Source of the DNA: Octopus vulgaris
Lineage: Eukaryota
Direction: 5' to 3'
DNA length: 64,000 bases
Assembly (NCBI GenBank): GCA_951406725.2
Contig: OX597820.1
Span: 80,042,001-80,106,000, forward strand
The notes under the pieces were generated by a model. It saw only the letters and a program-made list of their open reading frames with translations. It searched no databases and had not been told where the DNA came from. Within the stretch, counting starts at the first letter, position 1. The number at the start of each line of letters is the position of its first letter. Position numbers and translations under genes: made by a program. Of the stretch, positions 1-13,620 are shown in pieces.

Positions 1-324
1 TCTTTGTAAGCCCAGTCCTTATTCAATCGGTCTCTTTTGCCAAACCGCTAAGTGACGGGGACAGAAACACACCAGCATCGGTTGTCAAGCAATGCTAGAG
101 GGACAAATACAGACACAAACATACACGCACACACACACACACATATAAATATACATACATACGACGGGCTTCTTTCAGTTTCCGTCTACCAAATCCACTC
201 ACAAGGCTTTGGTCGGCCCGAGGCTATAGTAGAACACACTTGCCCAAGGTGCCACGCAGTGGGACTGAACCCGGAACCATGTGGTCGGTAAGCAAGCTAC
301 TTACCACACAGCCACTCCTGCGCC
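1..324 (-). mobile_element. tRNA-derived SINE family A (internal microsatellite), cut by window edge
   Basis: Reverse complement starts GGCGCAGGAGTGGCTGTGTGG (A-box-like) and has GGTTCAGTCCC (B-box-like); the same sequence recurs more than 10 times in the window. Confidence 0.85.
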
Positions 325-326
325 TA

Positions 327-364
<38 letters not shown>

Positions 365-438
365 CTGTGTGTGTGTGTGACAGAGGGAGAAAGAGAGAGT
401 AAAATACAGACAGGACAGAGTGACAGAGACAAAAGACT

Positions 439-475
<37 letters not shown>

Positions 476-1034
476 GTATTTATCAAGAGATACGCATGCA
501 TACACACAAACACATGCACATTAATAAGAATAGATACTAGTTTCATCTCTCTGCTTATAGAAAGATAAAACTTGATGTGTAACCGTGTTGTTTACTTTTC
601 ACAGCAAAGAGAAATTGTGTGTTTATTTATAAAAGCATAACTTACTTAAAACACGCGCGCAAGATTTGAAGAAAATGTATCTTTTATGTACCTTCTAGAT
701 TTATTCTGAGATTGTATATCATTGCTAATATCATATTGTTAATGTGTTTAAAATGTTAAAATATTTTGATGTACATTTTCTTAGTTTTAAGAAACTATTA
801 CAACCAAACTTTTGGGGTAATAGCAGTGTACTTCAAGTGGGATTTGGTGTAAGACATTCTATGAATAAACAAGGCAGTGCACATCAGTTTAAATAGTAGT
901 TGTACCGTTTAACGCTCTCAGTCATAGAATAATTGTATTTTTGCACTTTATTAAGCCCTTTCCTGCGCCATATTTTCTTTTGAGCCAGTGGTCAAAGTTT
1001 GTTACAAATTATGTTTTATAACTTAACAATACAA

Positions 1035-1390
1035 GGGTGCAGGTGTGGTGTGTGGTAAGAAGTTTGCTTCCCAACCACATGGTTCCAGGATCCAGCTCCA
1101 CTGCGTGGCACCTGAGGCAGGTGCCTTCTGCTATAGCTTTGGGTCGACTAGAGCCTTGTGAGTGGATTTGATTGACGGGAACTGAAAGACGCCCGTCTTA
1201 TATGTAAGTGTGAGTGGTATGTGTATGTATTTGTGTTTGTGTCCCCCCCGTCACCACACTTAACAACCGGTGTCACTTTGTTTATGTCCCTGTAACTTAA
1301 CGTAGCGGTTCCGCAAAGGGGTTCGATGGAATAAGCATCAGATTTTAAAAATGAGTACCAGAGTCGATTCATTCGACTAAAAATTCTAAG
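1035..1390 (+). mobile_element. SINE family A copy
   Basis: Collinear with 17852-18238 (head, GCCTTGTGAGTGGATTTG, GCGGTTCCGCAAA). Confidence 0.8.
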
Positions 1391-3470
1391 GGCTGAAAGA
1401 AAAAAAAGATAAAAGACATTTATTGTACAATTGACAGAGATTATTTACATAAGATTATTTAATGCGATTAGGGATGATTTTAAGGAATGTCGGCCGAAAA
1501 TAAATCACAAACAGTAATCATTCTGGAAACGAGGCTCCTAAAATTAATTCGTTAGAGGCAAATTGACAGAATCATCAGAGCATAGGATAAAATGCTTTGC
1601 AACAGCCGTCCCTTCTCTCTGCGATCTGAGTTCAGTTCCGCTGAAGTCACTTTTATGATTTATCATGTCACCATCGACAAAAACGAATGGTAGTGAATTC
1701 GAGGCGTTGGAGTACCAGAATATTTTTTGTACTTGAATATCTCTTATAAGTATATGAAATTATTGCGTATTTGTGAGGTGTAAGGAGTTTAGCTGGTATG
1801 TCTCTATTGGAGTGCATCTTGAGGTCTGTATTAGTGAGAGATTGACAAGAAATGTCTACGTTTCTTGTCGATGACGTCTGTGTGATGATAGTTGGTAGCG
1901 GGGGGAGGAAAATGAAGAGAGATACACTTCTGAATAGGAGTGAACTTTGCTAGCAATAGCATTAAGGAAGGGGAGAGAGACGTAACGAGATAATGCGATA
2001 TACCAAAATCGATACCACGTGGAGGAGAATGAAACCAATAGCTCACACCAGTTGGGTTCCCATAGCAGACACTCAGTCATATATTCAAGTGATGCCAAAT
2101 ACAACGATAATATTTCCACCAAATTTCTCAAGGGAGAGTAGCGGCCATTGAGTGGCGATGCAAGAAAATATGTAAACATCAGATATGGTTTTGTAAAAGC
2201 CGTAGAAATTGCTATGAATGAGAAGAGGTACTGAAGACTTTGTAGAAGATGGTTGTTAACTGTTTATTTATTTTTCTCACATTTGAGATGTTGGAAGCGA
2301 GAGTGATAGGTCCATACGTAATAGACAGAATCAGATAAATTGCGCGTATTGGAAATCAGGTACACTGTAACATGTTTCTAAAGATGGGGACATATTAATG
2401 GAGTGAGTGAGTGAGTGAGTGAGTGAGCGAGTGAGTGAGTGAGTGTGTATGTGTGTGAGAGAGAGAGAGAGAGAGCGAAAGAGAGATATGAGAAATAGAG
2501 AAGGCTGAAGAAATTGGTAAGCTGAGAGATTAGCTTCGAGGAACACTCTATGAGAATAATTGTAAAGACAGTGCTGGAGTTATTGACCCTGTTGGTCGAA
2601 GTTGTATGAAGGTACTTTGACATTTGCAATATATGTACATGTGATGTACCACAAGTCTGAATTATCGGACAAAAGCGGGCAAAAAATGTGGAAGCCTTTT
2701 TCGTAGGCGTGATAATTACAGAGGAGTGACGAGTCGGACGATTCCATAAAGTTAGTTACTAGTACTTGTGGTGGGGTGGGGGTGGGGTACAGCCTACAGG
2801 GTGTGCGATTCATGAATATAAACTACACATTTCAGATATCGGTCTTGCAAGAGTTACAGTGCTGGGTAAAATGGTCAACTTAATAGGATTCGTATATCTT
2901 CGAATAGAATAGTTAAGCAATTTAATACCAGATTATTCTTATGTCAGCATTACCTTTCAAAATCATAGAAGCGTTTACCTGATTTGAAGAGAACAATGAA
3001 ATGAGTGCGTTATCTTGTCAGATTATCCTTCGGCGTCCCTTTTCAGCCTAATCTCTTCCGTAACTGTCAAAACCATTTTCGTTTTTATATATTACCTATA
3101 AGTATACTTTACTGCAAGTCACTAGCAGACATTCGCTACAATAACACATGTGCTACAATAAAACTGATCACACACTCGCTTTTATGATGCCACTATTAAT
3201 CAATATTATTATCTAAGTTCTCTACTTCTCTTATTGTTTAATTGGACAGTTTCCATTGTGTAAACTACGTAGGGTGACTTTTGACATGTATTCAACATGT
3301 ATTCATGTTAGATTTGCAATGTTCGTTCTTATCTGTTCAGTATCGCATCTGTTTGCAAGCAATACTTTAAATCAATTGCTGTCATTGAATGTTTAACTGT
3401 TAGATTTGATGAATTATTCAATCTTTATATAGATTCGTACATTTAAGGTTATCAATATCTAAACACACAA

Positions 3471-3592
3471 AGCGGTGAGCTGCTAGAATCGCTGGCACGC
3501 CGGAAAAATGTTTAGCGGCTTTTCGTCTGTGGTTACGTTCTGCGTTCAAATTCCGATTTTACATTTCATCCTTTCGAGGTCGATAAAATAAA
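3471..3592 (+). mobile_element. SINE family B fragment
   Basis: GCGGTGAGCTG head and TTTCATCCTTTCGAGGTCGATAAA core as at 40027. Confidence 0.75.
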
Positions 3593-3970
3593 CTTTCATA
3601 GTGTACTTTTCTTTTTCCTGCAAGAGCACGTGGTAATTTCCATTAATTTCCGTGGCATTGCTCAGACAGCAGCTGAAGTTGCTACTACCAATGCCACGAA
3701 AATTAATGGAAATTGCCACGTGCTCTTGCAGGAAAAAGAAAAGTACACTATGAGCGTTTCTTTTATTAATAATTTTATTAACATTTCTTTAACTCTACAT
3801 ATGTTATTTAAGTAGATATTTTTGATAAGGTTTATAAACAACCGAAACATAAAACAAAAACATTTTTCAACGTATTTATATAAAGAAATTTCAACGTACC
3901 TAATTTTAGAAAAGTAGCATTTTCGTTCTTCTTTTTCATAAATATCTACTTACTCGTGTGTTACCTCTGC

Positions 3971-4045
<75 letters not shown>

Positions 4046-5360
4046 CTAGCAGAGATACCCGGCGCTGCTCGTGTTACATGTAATTGAAGAATTAGACTTT
4101 TCTGTTATATTTTCTGTAATGAACTGGAATATCTATGTTTCGAATTTCATCAAAATTGCAAATGAGGGTTATTTCCCTCTTTACACACCCTAAAAGAATT
4201 GTAATCGTGCCACATGTATCCCATACTACTGATTTTTATGCGCATATTCCAAAATTCCAGTCTTATTGAACCTGTTAAAAGGATTTTGCTCCTGAAAAAT
4301 GAAGGTCGTAGAGCTCTAAAATGTGAGAGTTAAGGCCACTGTTGGGGGTGGGTGTCTTAATGTCAAGCAGAGAAGTTGAATTGTTGAGAATCTTTTTAAC
4401 TTGGGTCTTATATGTATTGTTTGAATTTCTTTGAAATAGGAAATATATGTTCACTGGGTTTGTAAAAGAGAGCAAAGCTACAGGAAACCAAAGGACGAAT
4501 GATCACAAGAAGCAGTCAGCTACCCTACCCTAGTCGTTACCACTCCCAATGTAGGATTCCTCACCATCCAGGTGACAGGCACAGCTGTAAGATGCATTAC
4601 GAATCTATAGCAATTGAAAGGGCGTGACCCAAATGAAATAAACATTAACAACTGTGTGACGTGAGGGCTAAGGAGAAAGGAAAGTGTCACATCTGGAGTT
4701 TGCAAATGACCACTATACTGATACGTAACTGGACAGAATAAATTTTCAATCTATAAACGTGTTTGAATAACCAGTCACTCATCTGGGAAGGCCTTGAAAT
4801 CAATGTTACCATCTGGGGACTATGTGTGAGCCAGTGATAGTAAAAAGGCTGAAAGGAGGTCTGCAATCAAATAACTTTACTCAACACTTTGCAACTGAAT
4901 CAGTGGAGGCAAAGATGCCTCTCATTTACTTGACAATTTATGCACCACATTGCAGAAATCACAACGTAAGTGTATGTGAATGCAAACTGTTACACTGTAG
5001 TACCATTGAATTACAAATAATGCTCATCTTTTATGCTCGGGTAACCCTACAGCTTCCAAGAGCACAACTGTATTCGTTTTTGCTTAGATAAAATGACAAA
5101 ATTGTGGGTGTTAAGTCCCCATTGAGGGGTCTTTCTAACTTGTAAGAAGATGAAATTTTATAAAAATTCGTTCATATGTGTCTAATATCTATGGTTAAAA
5201 TTTCATCAACAGGAAAAATATATGAATTTTATGAGGGTTATGGCCCTTATGCATAGAATATAATTTCCAAATTTCATAAAGATCCATTCAGTACTTTTGA
5301 CCCAGTTTTAGATCATAAAAGATATTACTAAAATTTGGGAGTTAAGGCCCCCATTAGGGT
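4046..5360 (-). mobile_element. Probable non-autonomous Helitron
   Basis: Minus-strand end CGAGCAGCGCCGGG hairpin plus CTAG at 4046-4049, next to (TA)n, same design as 24308-24335; repeated AAATTTCAT motifs; far end uncertain. Confidence 0.5.
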
Positions 5361-6315
5361 GTTATATATATATGTATACACACACACACACACACACACA
5401 TACACACACACACTCACACACAAAGATAAATTGATAGATACAACTGAATGGGCAAACAAAAACATGAGACACAGCCTAGTGCTTTTTTTTATTGATAAGC
5501 CTGGTACTTATTCTATTATTTTGTTCTTGTAAAACCAGTAAGTTATGGGGATGTATATAAATGAACAGCAGTTGTGAAGCAGTGATGAGGGCGAAACACA
5601 GAATCAAAGACACACACATACACTTACATATATACATACATATATATACAATTGATTTGTTTCAGTTCCTGTCTACGAAATCAATTGGCGTGCGCCTAAA
5701 AGTATACATTCATCTAAGGGTGTGTACAAAGAGTCAACCATGTCTATATACGCACATACTCGTATGCGCGCACACGCACACGACTATATATGCACATACC
5801 CGCACACGCACACGCCTATATACGCACATACCCGCACACGTCTATATACGCACACACACGGACGCACGCACAAAAAAGATCATACACAAGACAAAATAGG
5901 GTTAAAGGCAAAAATACAGGAAAATTTTTAAAAACACTGAGTAAAACACGTCTATATACGCACATACTCGCATGCACGTACACATGCACACAAATATATA
6001 CGCACATACCTCCACACACGCACACATACACACGCGGGCACAAAAGAATCCATATACACGTCTATATACAGCGAAAAATGCAGGGTGGAAGTTAGAATAC
6101 AGAAAAAATATGTATTAATAAAATGAGCAATAAACCTATAAAGCAATATCTCTATAAATATGTAAGAAATATATGTATTAGAAATGTATGTATAAAAATA
6201 TAAATTACAATAAAAATATATAAAGTATAAAGAGATAAAAAGCTTGTGCGTGGACACAATATAGAAAGCAAATTCTATCTGTAGTCTCGGGGGGACCAAA
6301 AAGGTAACAAAAATT

Positions 6316-6369
<54 letters not shown>

Positions 6370-6642
6370 TACATATATATATACAGATATGCATATATAT
6401 ATCTGAGTGCGTGTTTCTCTGTTTGTGCCCCCCGCCATCACCGTTTGACAACCGATGTTGGTATGATTCCGTCTCCGTAAACTAGTGGTTCGGCAAGTGA
6501 GATAGATAGAATAAGTTCCACGCTTTAAAAAAAGCACTGAAAGTAGTTCTTCAAGATGGTGCCCCAGCATGGCCGCAGTGTAATGACTGAAATAAGTAAA
6601 AGTTAAAAGATATATACATACATACATACGTACATAAATACA

Positions 6643-6752
<110 letters not shown>

Positions 6753-7369
6753 TGTGTATGTATGCGTGTGTGTACGTGTGTGTATGTATATGCATATGAG
6801 ACGGGCTGCTGAACAATTACCGTCTACCAAATTCGTTCGTCTCGCAAGGAATTGCTCAATCTGTTGCAACAGAAGACACGAAGTTGCCACGCAATAAGAT
6901 CGAACCCAGAAATATGCGGTTGTAAAGCAAATTTCTTAACCACATGGCCATGTCTGCTGCATCTCATTGTCATTAGCGTACAGTTCAATAGCGTCTCTTC
7001 AAAATCTGGAATACAACACCAAATTTCAGCTAGACTGATCAATAGAGTTAAGTAGACTGTTTATGATATTAATTACTTTGTAATTATCAGATTGTGACCT
7101 ACAAGGAAACTACATTGACACGCGTGTACATTAACATATCTCCGTTTATACAAATATACACCTCTTCTTTCACTTCACTTGAGAAACTATTTTCCAATTA
7201 GAGTGATTTCCGGAATTATGGAAATGAATTAATACAAAGTATTGATGATAATCTATAAATTATCTTCAATGATTAAGCAACAGAAAATGTCATTCAATTT
7301 CAAATATGGTTGGATCGCTCATATGTCTCACAGTCAGCAGAAATTATATTATTCTACTGATTATATTCT

Positions 7370-7570
7370 TTTCTACTCTAAGCACAAGGCCTGAAATTTA
7401 GGGGGATGGGGCCAGTCGATTAGATCGACTCCAGTGTACAACTGGTGCTTAATTTATCGACCCCGAAAGAATGAAAGGCAAAGTCAACCTCAGCAGAATT
7501 TGAACTTAGAACGTAAAGACAGACGAACTACCGCTAAGCATTTCGCTTACGACTCTGCCAGTCGCTGCCT
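7370..7570 (-). mobile_element. SINE family B copy
   Basis: CGACCCCGAAAGAATGAAAGGCAAAGTC core on the + strand. Confidence 0.8.
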
Positions 7571-7655
7571 TCAAATGCGATTATATTATATGTATAATAG
7601 TGTTTCTGCTTCTAGTGCTGTCATTTTACATGCAATGTTATGTTTGACAAAGCAA

Positions 7656-7840
7656 GGCGGCAAACTGGCAGAATCGTTGGCGCGCCGGACAAAATCATTA
7701 AGAGTCATTTCGTCCGTGTTTACGTTCTGAGTTCAAATTACGCTTAGACTGACGCTTTCATCCTTTATGGGGTCAAAAAATAAGTAGCAGTTGAACACTG
7801 GGGTCGATGTAATCGATTTGTTCCCTCCTTCGAAACTACT
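7656..7840 (+). mobile_element. SINE family B copy
   Basis: GGCGGCAAACTGGCAGAATCG head, GAGTTCAAAT B-box. Confidence 0.75.
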
Positions 7841-7877
7841 AACTTAATTGATATAGCATACGGATAACATATCTGCA

Positions 7878-8112
7878 ATGTCGGTGTGGTTAAGACGCTC
7901 GCTTTGTAACTTTGCAGCTTCGAGTTCGGTCTCGCTACACAGCACCTTGGGCAAATGTCTTCTATTAAAGCCGCTGATCGATGACTGTCTTGTGAATGAG
8001 TTTGGTAAACGGAAACTGGAGGAAGCCAATCGTATATACATGCATGTATGTTTGTATGTGTGCGCGCATGTGTGTGTGTGAGCTTGTCACCATCCCATCG
8101 CTTGACAACCGT
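7878..8112 (+). mobile_element. Diverged SINE family A copy
   Basis: CACCTTGGGCAAATGTCTTCT and CTTGACAACCG segments. Confidence 0.7.
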
Positions 8113-8773
8113 AAGAAATGACAATAACTACGAAAAATTGTTATAACATCCACGAAATTGGTAGATAAAAATCTGCTTCCATGTGTGTTTAAGCTCTAAA
8201 TTAAAGCAGAGGTAATAACTCCCGTTGGTCAACACATTTGGCTTATATAGAAAATGCAGATTGGAGTGGAGCTGGTCTTTCAGTCCGACTGATGAAGCCA
8301 ACGAACATGTTTCGTTCTCAATAAACGTCGTCAGTGAAGTATATTTTACTTATATCACTCATATATATAGTTCCATGGATGGCAATGTTGGTAGTTCCAT
8401 GGATAGTCCCAAGGATGCCAATGTAGGTAAATTGCATTGTAGGTCTTTAACAACGGACGTGTTTATAAGCATTACTCGATTGGTACTCGAAGCTAAAAAA
8501 TGCTGCAAATAATAGCATATAAACATTTCTTGGAGAATCCCGTTTGGAACAGAAAATATCGACGGCTTTACTCCAATGGTAGAACGTCTGTCATGTCTAT
8601 AGGAGAAGTAGGTTTGAGTCCCACAGGCAGCCCTTGATCTTTTATGTAGGAAAGGATTTTTCAAGCCAATTGTTACACATAACACTAATGTGTTTCGAGA
8701 ACCAATTGCAAAATATTAAAAAAAAGAATTATTTCACATTCTCTCGAAAGCTTATAGATTCTTATGACATCAA

Positions 8774-9042
8774 CATACATACATACATACATACATACAT
8801 ACATACATACATACATACATACATACATACATACATACATACATACATACATACATACATACATACATGCATACATACACACACATACATACATACATAC
8901 ATACATACATACATACATACATACATACATACATACATACATACATACATACATACATACATACATACATACATACATACATACATACATACATACATAC
9001 ATACATACATACATACATACATACATACATACATACATACAT
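8774..9042. repeat. (CATA)n microsatellite
   Basis: About 270 bp near-perfect tetranucleotide run. Confidence 0.95.
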
Positions 9043-9796
9043 AACAATACTGAACACAGATGCACAAAGTGTTTTGCTAGTTTGTGGGTAGGCTGAATTC
9101 TGAAAGTAAGGTTATACGACTAAATACTACAAGAATATTCAGTTCACCACTGTATTGCTGCAACTAATTTACCGATCTGGTGGTGGTGGCGGTCAATAAC
9201 GTCGCTGATGCTATCAAAAACTGTAGTGATGGTGAGATTGGGGCGGTGGTGATGATTGAGGCGGAAGAGGGTAAGATTACCATGACGACGACGACGACGA
9301 GTACTATGACGACGATGATGATGACGACGACGACGACGATGATGATGATGATGGTAATGAAAAACACAAAAGGAAAGAAAAGAAGTTTGTTAATTATTTC
9401 AAATGTTATCTGATCTGACTTCTAGGCATCGTTAGAACAAGAGAAATTTGCAAAGCTTTTAAGTGTAATCTTACACGCATTATTTATTTATTTTTTTTTT
9501 AAATACCATAGTTTTATTTCACCCTCGAACTAAAGATATGAAACTTGAAAATTTCGAATCCGTTGTATGTATCGTTCACTTAGATTTCTGTTATCGCTGT
9601 TGATAAGAGTGTGATCAAAGACTAGAAAATGATTTCACGTCTGAAAAGATCTACGGAAGAATTTGGGTGTAAATTTTAGAATTATCAAAACATTAACGCT
9701 ATACGTTGGAAGAAAAAGAAAACAGATGTACTATAAGCTGATAGTTTACTTTATAACTAATATCAAGTTAAATTGAAGTTTCTTTTATAAGCAATC

Positions 9797-10355
9797 ATTT
9801 CTACTGTAGACAAAAAGCCTGAAATTTGAGGGCGGGGGATAATCGATTACATTAACCCCAGCGTTTTACTGGTACTTAATTTATTGACCCCGAAAGGATC
9901 AAAGGCAAAGTCGACCTCAGCGGAATTTGAACTCAGAACGTAGCGGCAGATGAAATACCTATTTCTTTACTACCCACAAGGAGCTAAACACAGAAGGGAC
10001 AAACAAAGACAGACAAACGGATTAAGTCGATTATATCAACACCAGTGCGTAACTTGTACTTATTTAATCGACCCCGAAAGGATGAAAGGCAAAGTCGACC
10101 TCAGCGGAATTTGAACTCAGAACGGAGCGGCAGACGAAATACCTATTTCTTTACTACCCACAAGGGGCTAAACACAGAGAGGACAAATAAATGGATTAAG
10201 TCGATTATATCGACCCCAGTGCGTAACTCGTACTTATTTAATCGACCCCGAAAGGATGAAAGGCAAAGTCGGAATTTGAACTCAGAACGAAGCGGCAGAC
10301 AAAATACCGCTAAGCATTTCGCCCGGCGTGCTAACGATTCTACCAGCTCGCCGCC
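9797..10355 (-). mobile_element. SINE family B with head-to-tail internal trimer
   Basis: One head at about 10355 followed by three ~180-bp body units. Confidence 0.85.
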
Positions 10356-10654
10356 TCTCTCATATAAGTAATACCAAGCTAACATATATTTGTAAGGGAA
10401 ATGATAATGAATTCAATAGTATCTTCATTTTTATTTTGCATTGTAAACTAGGGAACGTCCTTTGACCAAGATAACTTTTACTTTTCAATCGCTGGTAGAG
10501 ACACCGTATTTCGTTTTGTAGCCATAATATAATACCAAGTATACGGACGGTTTATAGGTCAGTGTCTCACTTTTGTGTTAGCAGTGTGTTGTTTTCATCT
10601 TTGATTAATATTTTTAATTAGTAAATACAGTAGTGTTACACCGCTATTAAGAAG

Positions 10655-10970
10655 CACTCCGCTGGTTTCGACGACGAGGGTTCCAGCTGATACGATCAAC
10701 GGAAAAGCTGGCTTGTGAAATTAACGTGTAAGCGGCTGAGTACTCCTCAGACATGTATACCCTTAACGTAATTCTCAGGGAGATTCAGCGTGACACAGAG
10801 TGTGACAAGGCTGGCCCTTTGAAATACAGGTACAACTCATTTTTGCCAGCTGAGTGGACTGGGGCAACGTGAGATAGAGTCTTGCTCAAGGACACAACGC
10901 GTTCCGGGAATTGAACTCACGACGTTACGATCGTGAGCCGAATGCCCTAACCACTAAGCCCCGCGCCATC
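10655..10970 (-). mobile_element. tRNA-derived CORE-like SINE (family C)
   Basis: Minus strand GGCTTAGTGG A-box, GAGTTCAATTCC B-box, then GTCCTTGAGCAAG...CCAGTCCACTCAGCTG CORE-like segment. Confidence 0.8.
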
Positions 10971-11401
10971 ACACACCGCTATAAGTAATAGCTATTTAAG
11001 CAATATAGTCGTGGCTTGTTAATGAATTGGATGAGATACTGACGAAGGGTTAATAACTCCTGAAATATGCATATACACCCATTGCCAATTTTTCTATCTT
11101 CGATCGCATTGTTTACATGGACGTATTCGTATAAAAGTCGTAACTGTCAGTGCTAACTCAAGTATCTTTAGAGATAAACTTTTACCTTTTATTTGTTTCA
11201 GTCAATGAACTACGACCATGCTTGGGCACCGCTTTGAAGAGTTTAGTTGCACCAATCGTTCCCAGCACTTGCGCGTTTCCCTTATTTAAAAAGACAAGAA
11301 CAGAAAAAAAGTCTCGTAATTATTCTGTCTACCTTTTATGCCGAAGAGTTAAGTTATAGGACCGGAAACAAACTAATATTCGTTGTCAAGAGGAGGTAGG
11401 G

Positions 11402-11460
<59 letters not shown>

Positions 11461-11945
11461 AATATATTGTTCGTTGGAAAACTATAAATAAAAGCGTGTA
11501 AGACTCTTTGTATAGAAAAAGTGAAAGGCTGCGCGTGGGGCTAGAACGCATATATTCTGTAAACATAGCAAACGTTCTACTATTGCAACAAAGCTAAGAT
11601 TCCGCTGGCAAAGCTCTTGGGGTTATTGAAGGCCACAAGCCACCACAGCGCAACGAAGACTGCATTAAACGATTTATGAATCACTCGCTATTTCTCACGT
11701 GCAAAGAAGATAAATATTGACATAGAATCCTATGAAGATATAGAAGAGATTTAGAGTCGATTTAGTCAGTAGTATATAACTGGTACTAATGGATTGTTGT
11801 TATTTAGCCCCGAGTCAGCCCTGATACAGAAGACCTATGGCAAAGGCACTGCTGCGAGTTGCTTTCCGTCTTATTTTTAAACGTAGTGCATCGTGGACTA
11901 CGTTATTCAAATTTCTCTTCATATTTTAAAAGACAGAATAGTCTA

Positions 11946-12122
11946 ATACAGTTCTTTATTTAAATGATGAGGAATTATGTACATTATTTACATTATTTAC
12001 ATTTGACGGATATTTGTCCTCATCTTGTTTGTTGTTAACATATGCCCACGGACATATGGTGTAGTGGTTGAGAGCGCGGGCTCTTAAAACCCCAAGATTC
12101 CGAGTTCGATTCCAGGAAGTGA

Positions 12123-12200
<78 letters not shown>

Positions 12201-12357
12201 CATCGAAAATACCTTAGGATTGAGAACCCAGATTCGAAATTTCCCCATGACACCTGATGAAGGCTGGAGGGTATATCAGCCGAAATGTTGTATTAACAAC
12301 AAGGTGAGGACAAATATCCGTCAAGTGTAAATAATGCAAATAATGCAAATAATGTAG
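11946..12357 (+). mobile_element. tRNA-headed, hammerhead-bearing element flanked by an inverted copy of its own 3' end
   Basis: A-box 12057-12067, B-box 12102-12113, (AAT)n, CTGATGA 12254-12260, GAAA 12282-12285; 11980-12040 is the reverse complement of 12291-12357. Confidence 0.7.
12249..12294 (+). ncRNA. Type I hammerhead ribozyme-like motif
   Basis: GACAC-CTGATGA-A-GGCTG..CAGCC-GAAA-TGTT-GTATT; stem III and stem I each carry one apparent substitution. Confidence 0.65.
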
Positions 12358-12714
12358 AAGAGTGTAGTTTGAAGGATGTTTTGCTGTTTTTTCTCGCAGT
12401 TGAAACATCTTAGAAAGTGTCTCAGTGGCATGACTAAGTATTCAGTGGTGGGATTTGAACACAGGTAGATAGATGTGACTAAACACTACTAGGTACACAA
12501 TCCGATTATCTACCAATTCTACTATCCTTTACTCTTACTTAAGTAGATATTGACTGGATATAGATTTGTAGATGCTCCCTCTGTTCCATTTTGCATCAGA
12601 GGCATTTAAGAATTAAAGATGTCTTCAAAACAGACCTAAAATCCTCGTTCTGATCTTAAAAGTCAATAAATTGAAAGCAGACATGGCTGAGAGATAAAAA
12701 GTTCGTTTTGTGTA

Positions 12715-13095
12715 GGTGCAGGCGTGGTTGTGTGGTTTAGTCCCACTGCATGGAACCTTGTCAATGGATTCGGTAGACAGAAACTGTGTGTGTGTATATC
12801 GTCATATATATGTGTGTATGTGTGTGTGTGTGTGTATGTGTATGTATATGTATCGTCGTAAACACATGTGTATGTGTGCGTATGTACGTTTGTGTGTTTG
12901 TGTTTGTCCCTCCTCCACCATCGCATGACAACCGATGTTGGTGTGTTTACGTAACCGAATCTTAGCGGTGCGGCAAAAGAGACCGATAGAATAAGTACTA
13001 GGCTTACAAAGAATAAGTCCTGGGGTCGATTTGTTCGACTAAAGGCGGTGCTCCAGCATGGCCGCAGTCAAATGACTGAAACAAGTAAAAATAAA
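12715..13095 (+). mobile_element. SINE family A copy (internally deleted)
   Basis: 3' part near-identical to 18085-18238. Confidence 0.85.
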
Positions 13096-13249
13096 AAAAA
13101 ATAGCTTCTGGATTTGGCCTCATTGCGTGGAATTTTGGGTACTACGTATTTTTTACCATATCCTTCGAATTGACCAATACCTCGTGAGTATAAATTGACA
13201 GAGAGAAACTTTCCGAACGATCACCACGTTACATATATGATGTGTAAAT

Positions 13250-13620
13250 AAATATATGGCCATATTTAACCAATCAATAACGGTAGCTCCTCTTTCTACT
13301 AGGTCAGAGTCTGTGGTTCCTCTTCGTAATGTTTGTATCTCAGTTGAGTTTAAGTATTTACTGTCCATGGTCATTGCTCTGATGAATTTTCTGGTCTTGT
13401 GCCTATTGTCAAAACCTTTAAAAGTGTTCACCCGTTTCTTTTCACGGGCGCGTCTCCCAGTAATCCATAGCTTCTTTCCTCGAACTTTTGCTTCCTGGAA
13501 CTCCTTACCATTGTCTTGGTTCCCTTTGCTTTTCCTTTGGCATATGATAGTTAGTCCTTGAATCTTTCTATCAATCGGCATCTTTTGAATTAGAAGGCCC
13601 CTTTCCCCACACTTTTTGTT
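13250..13620 (+). mobile_element. 3' remnant of a CR1/L2/Jockey-group LINE ORF2
   Basis: Translation HSFFPRTFASWNSLP matches the SFFxRxxxxWNxLP C-terminal motif of these LINEs. Confidence 0.6.

Noticed and set aside
8150-8700. Coding remnant with short direct repeat TAGTTCCATGGAT
   Set aside because: No recognisable motif in any frame
8634-9096. Long HTYI/MYVC, YIYI, poly-S/F/N ORFs here and throughout
   Set aside because: They are translations of microsatellites
12046-12125. tRNA gene (also 23551, 10900-10970, 55680-55757)
   Set aside because: A/B boxes are present but no clean cloverleaf was seen, and each runs into a repeat body
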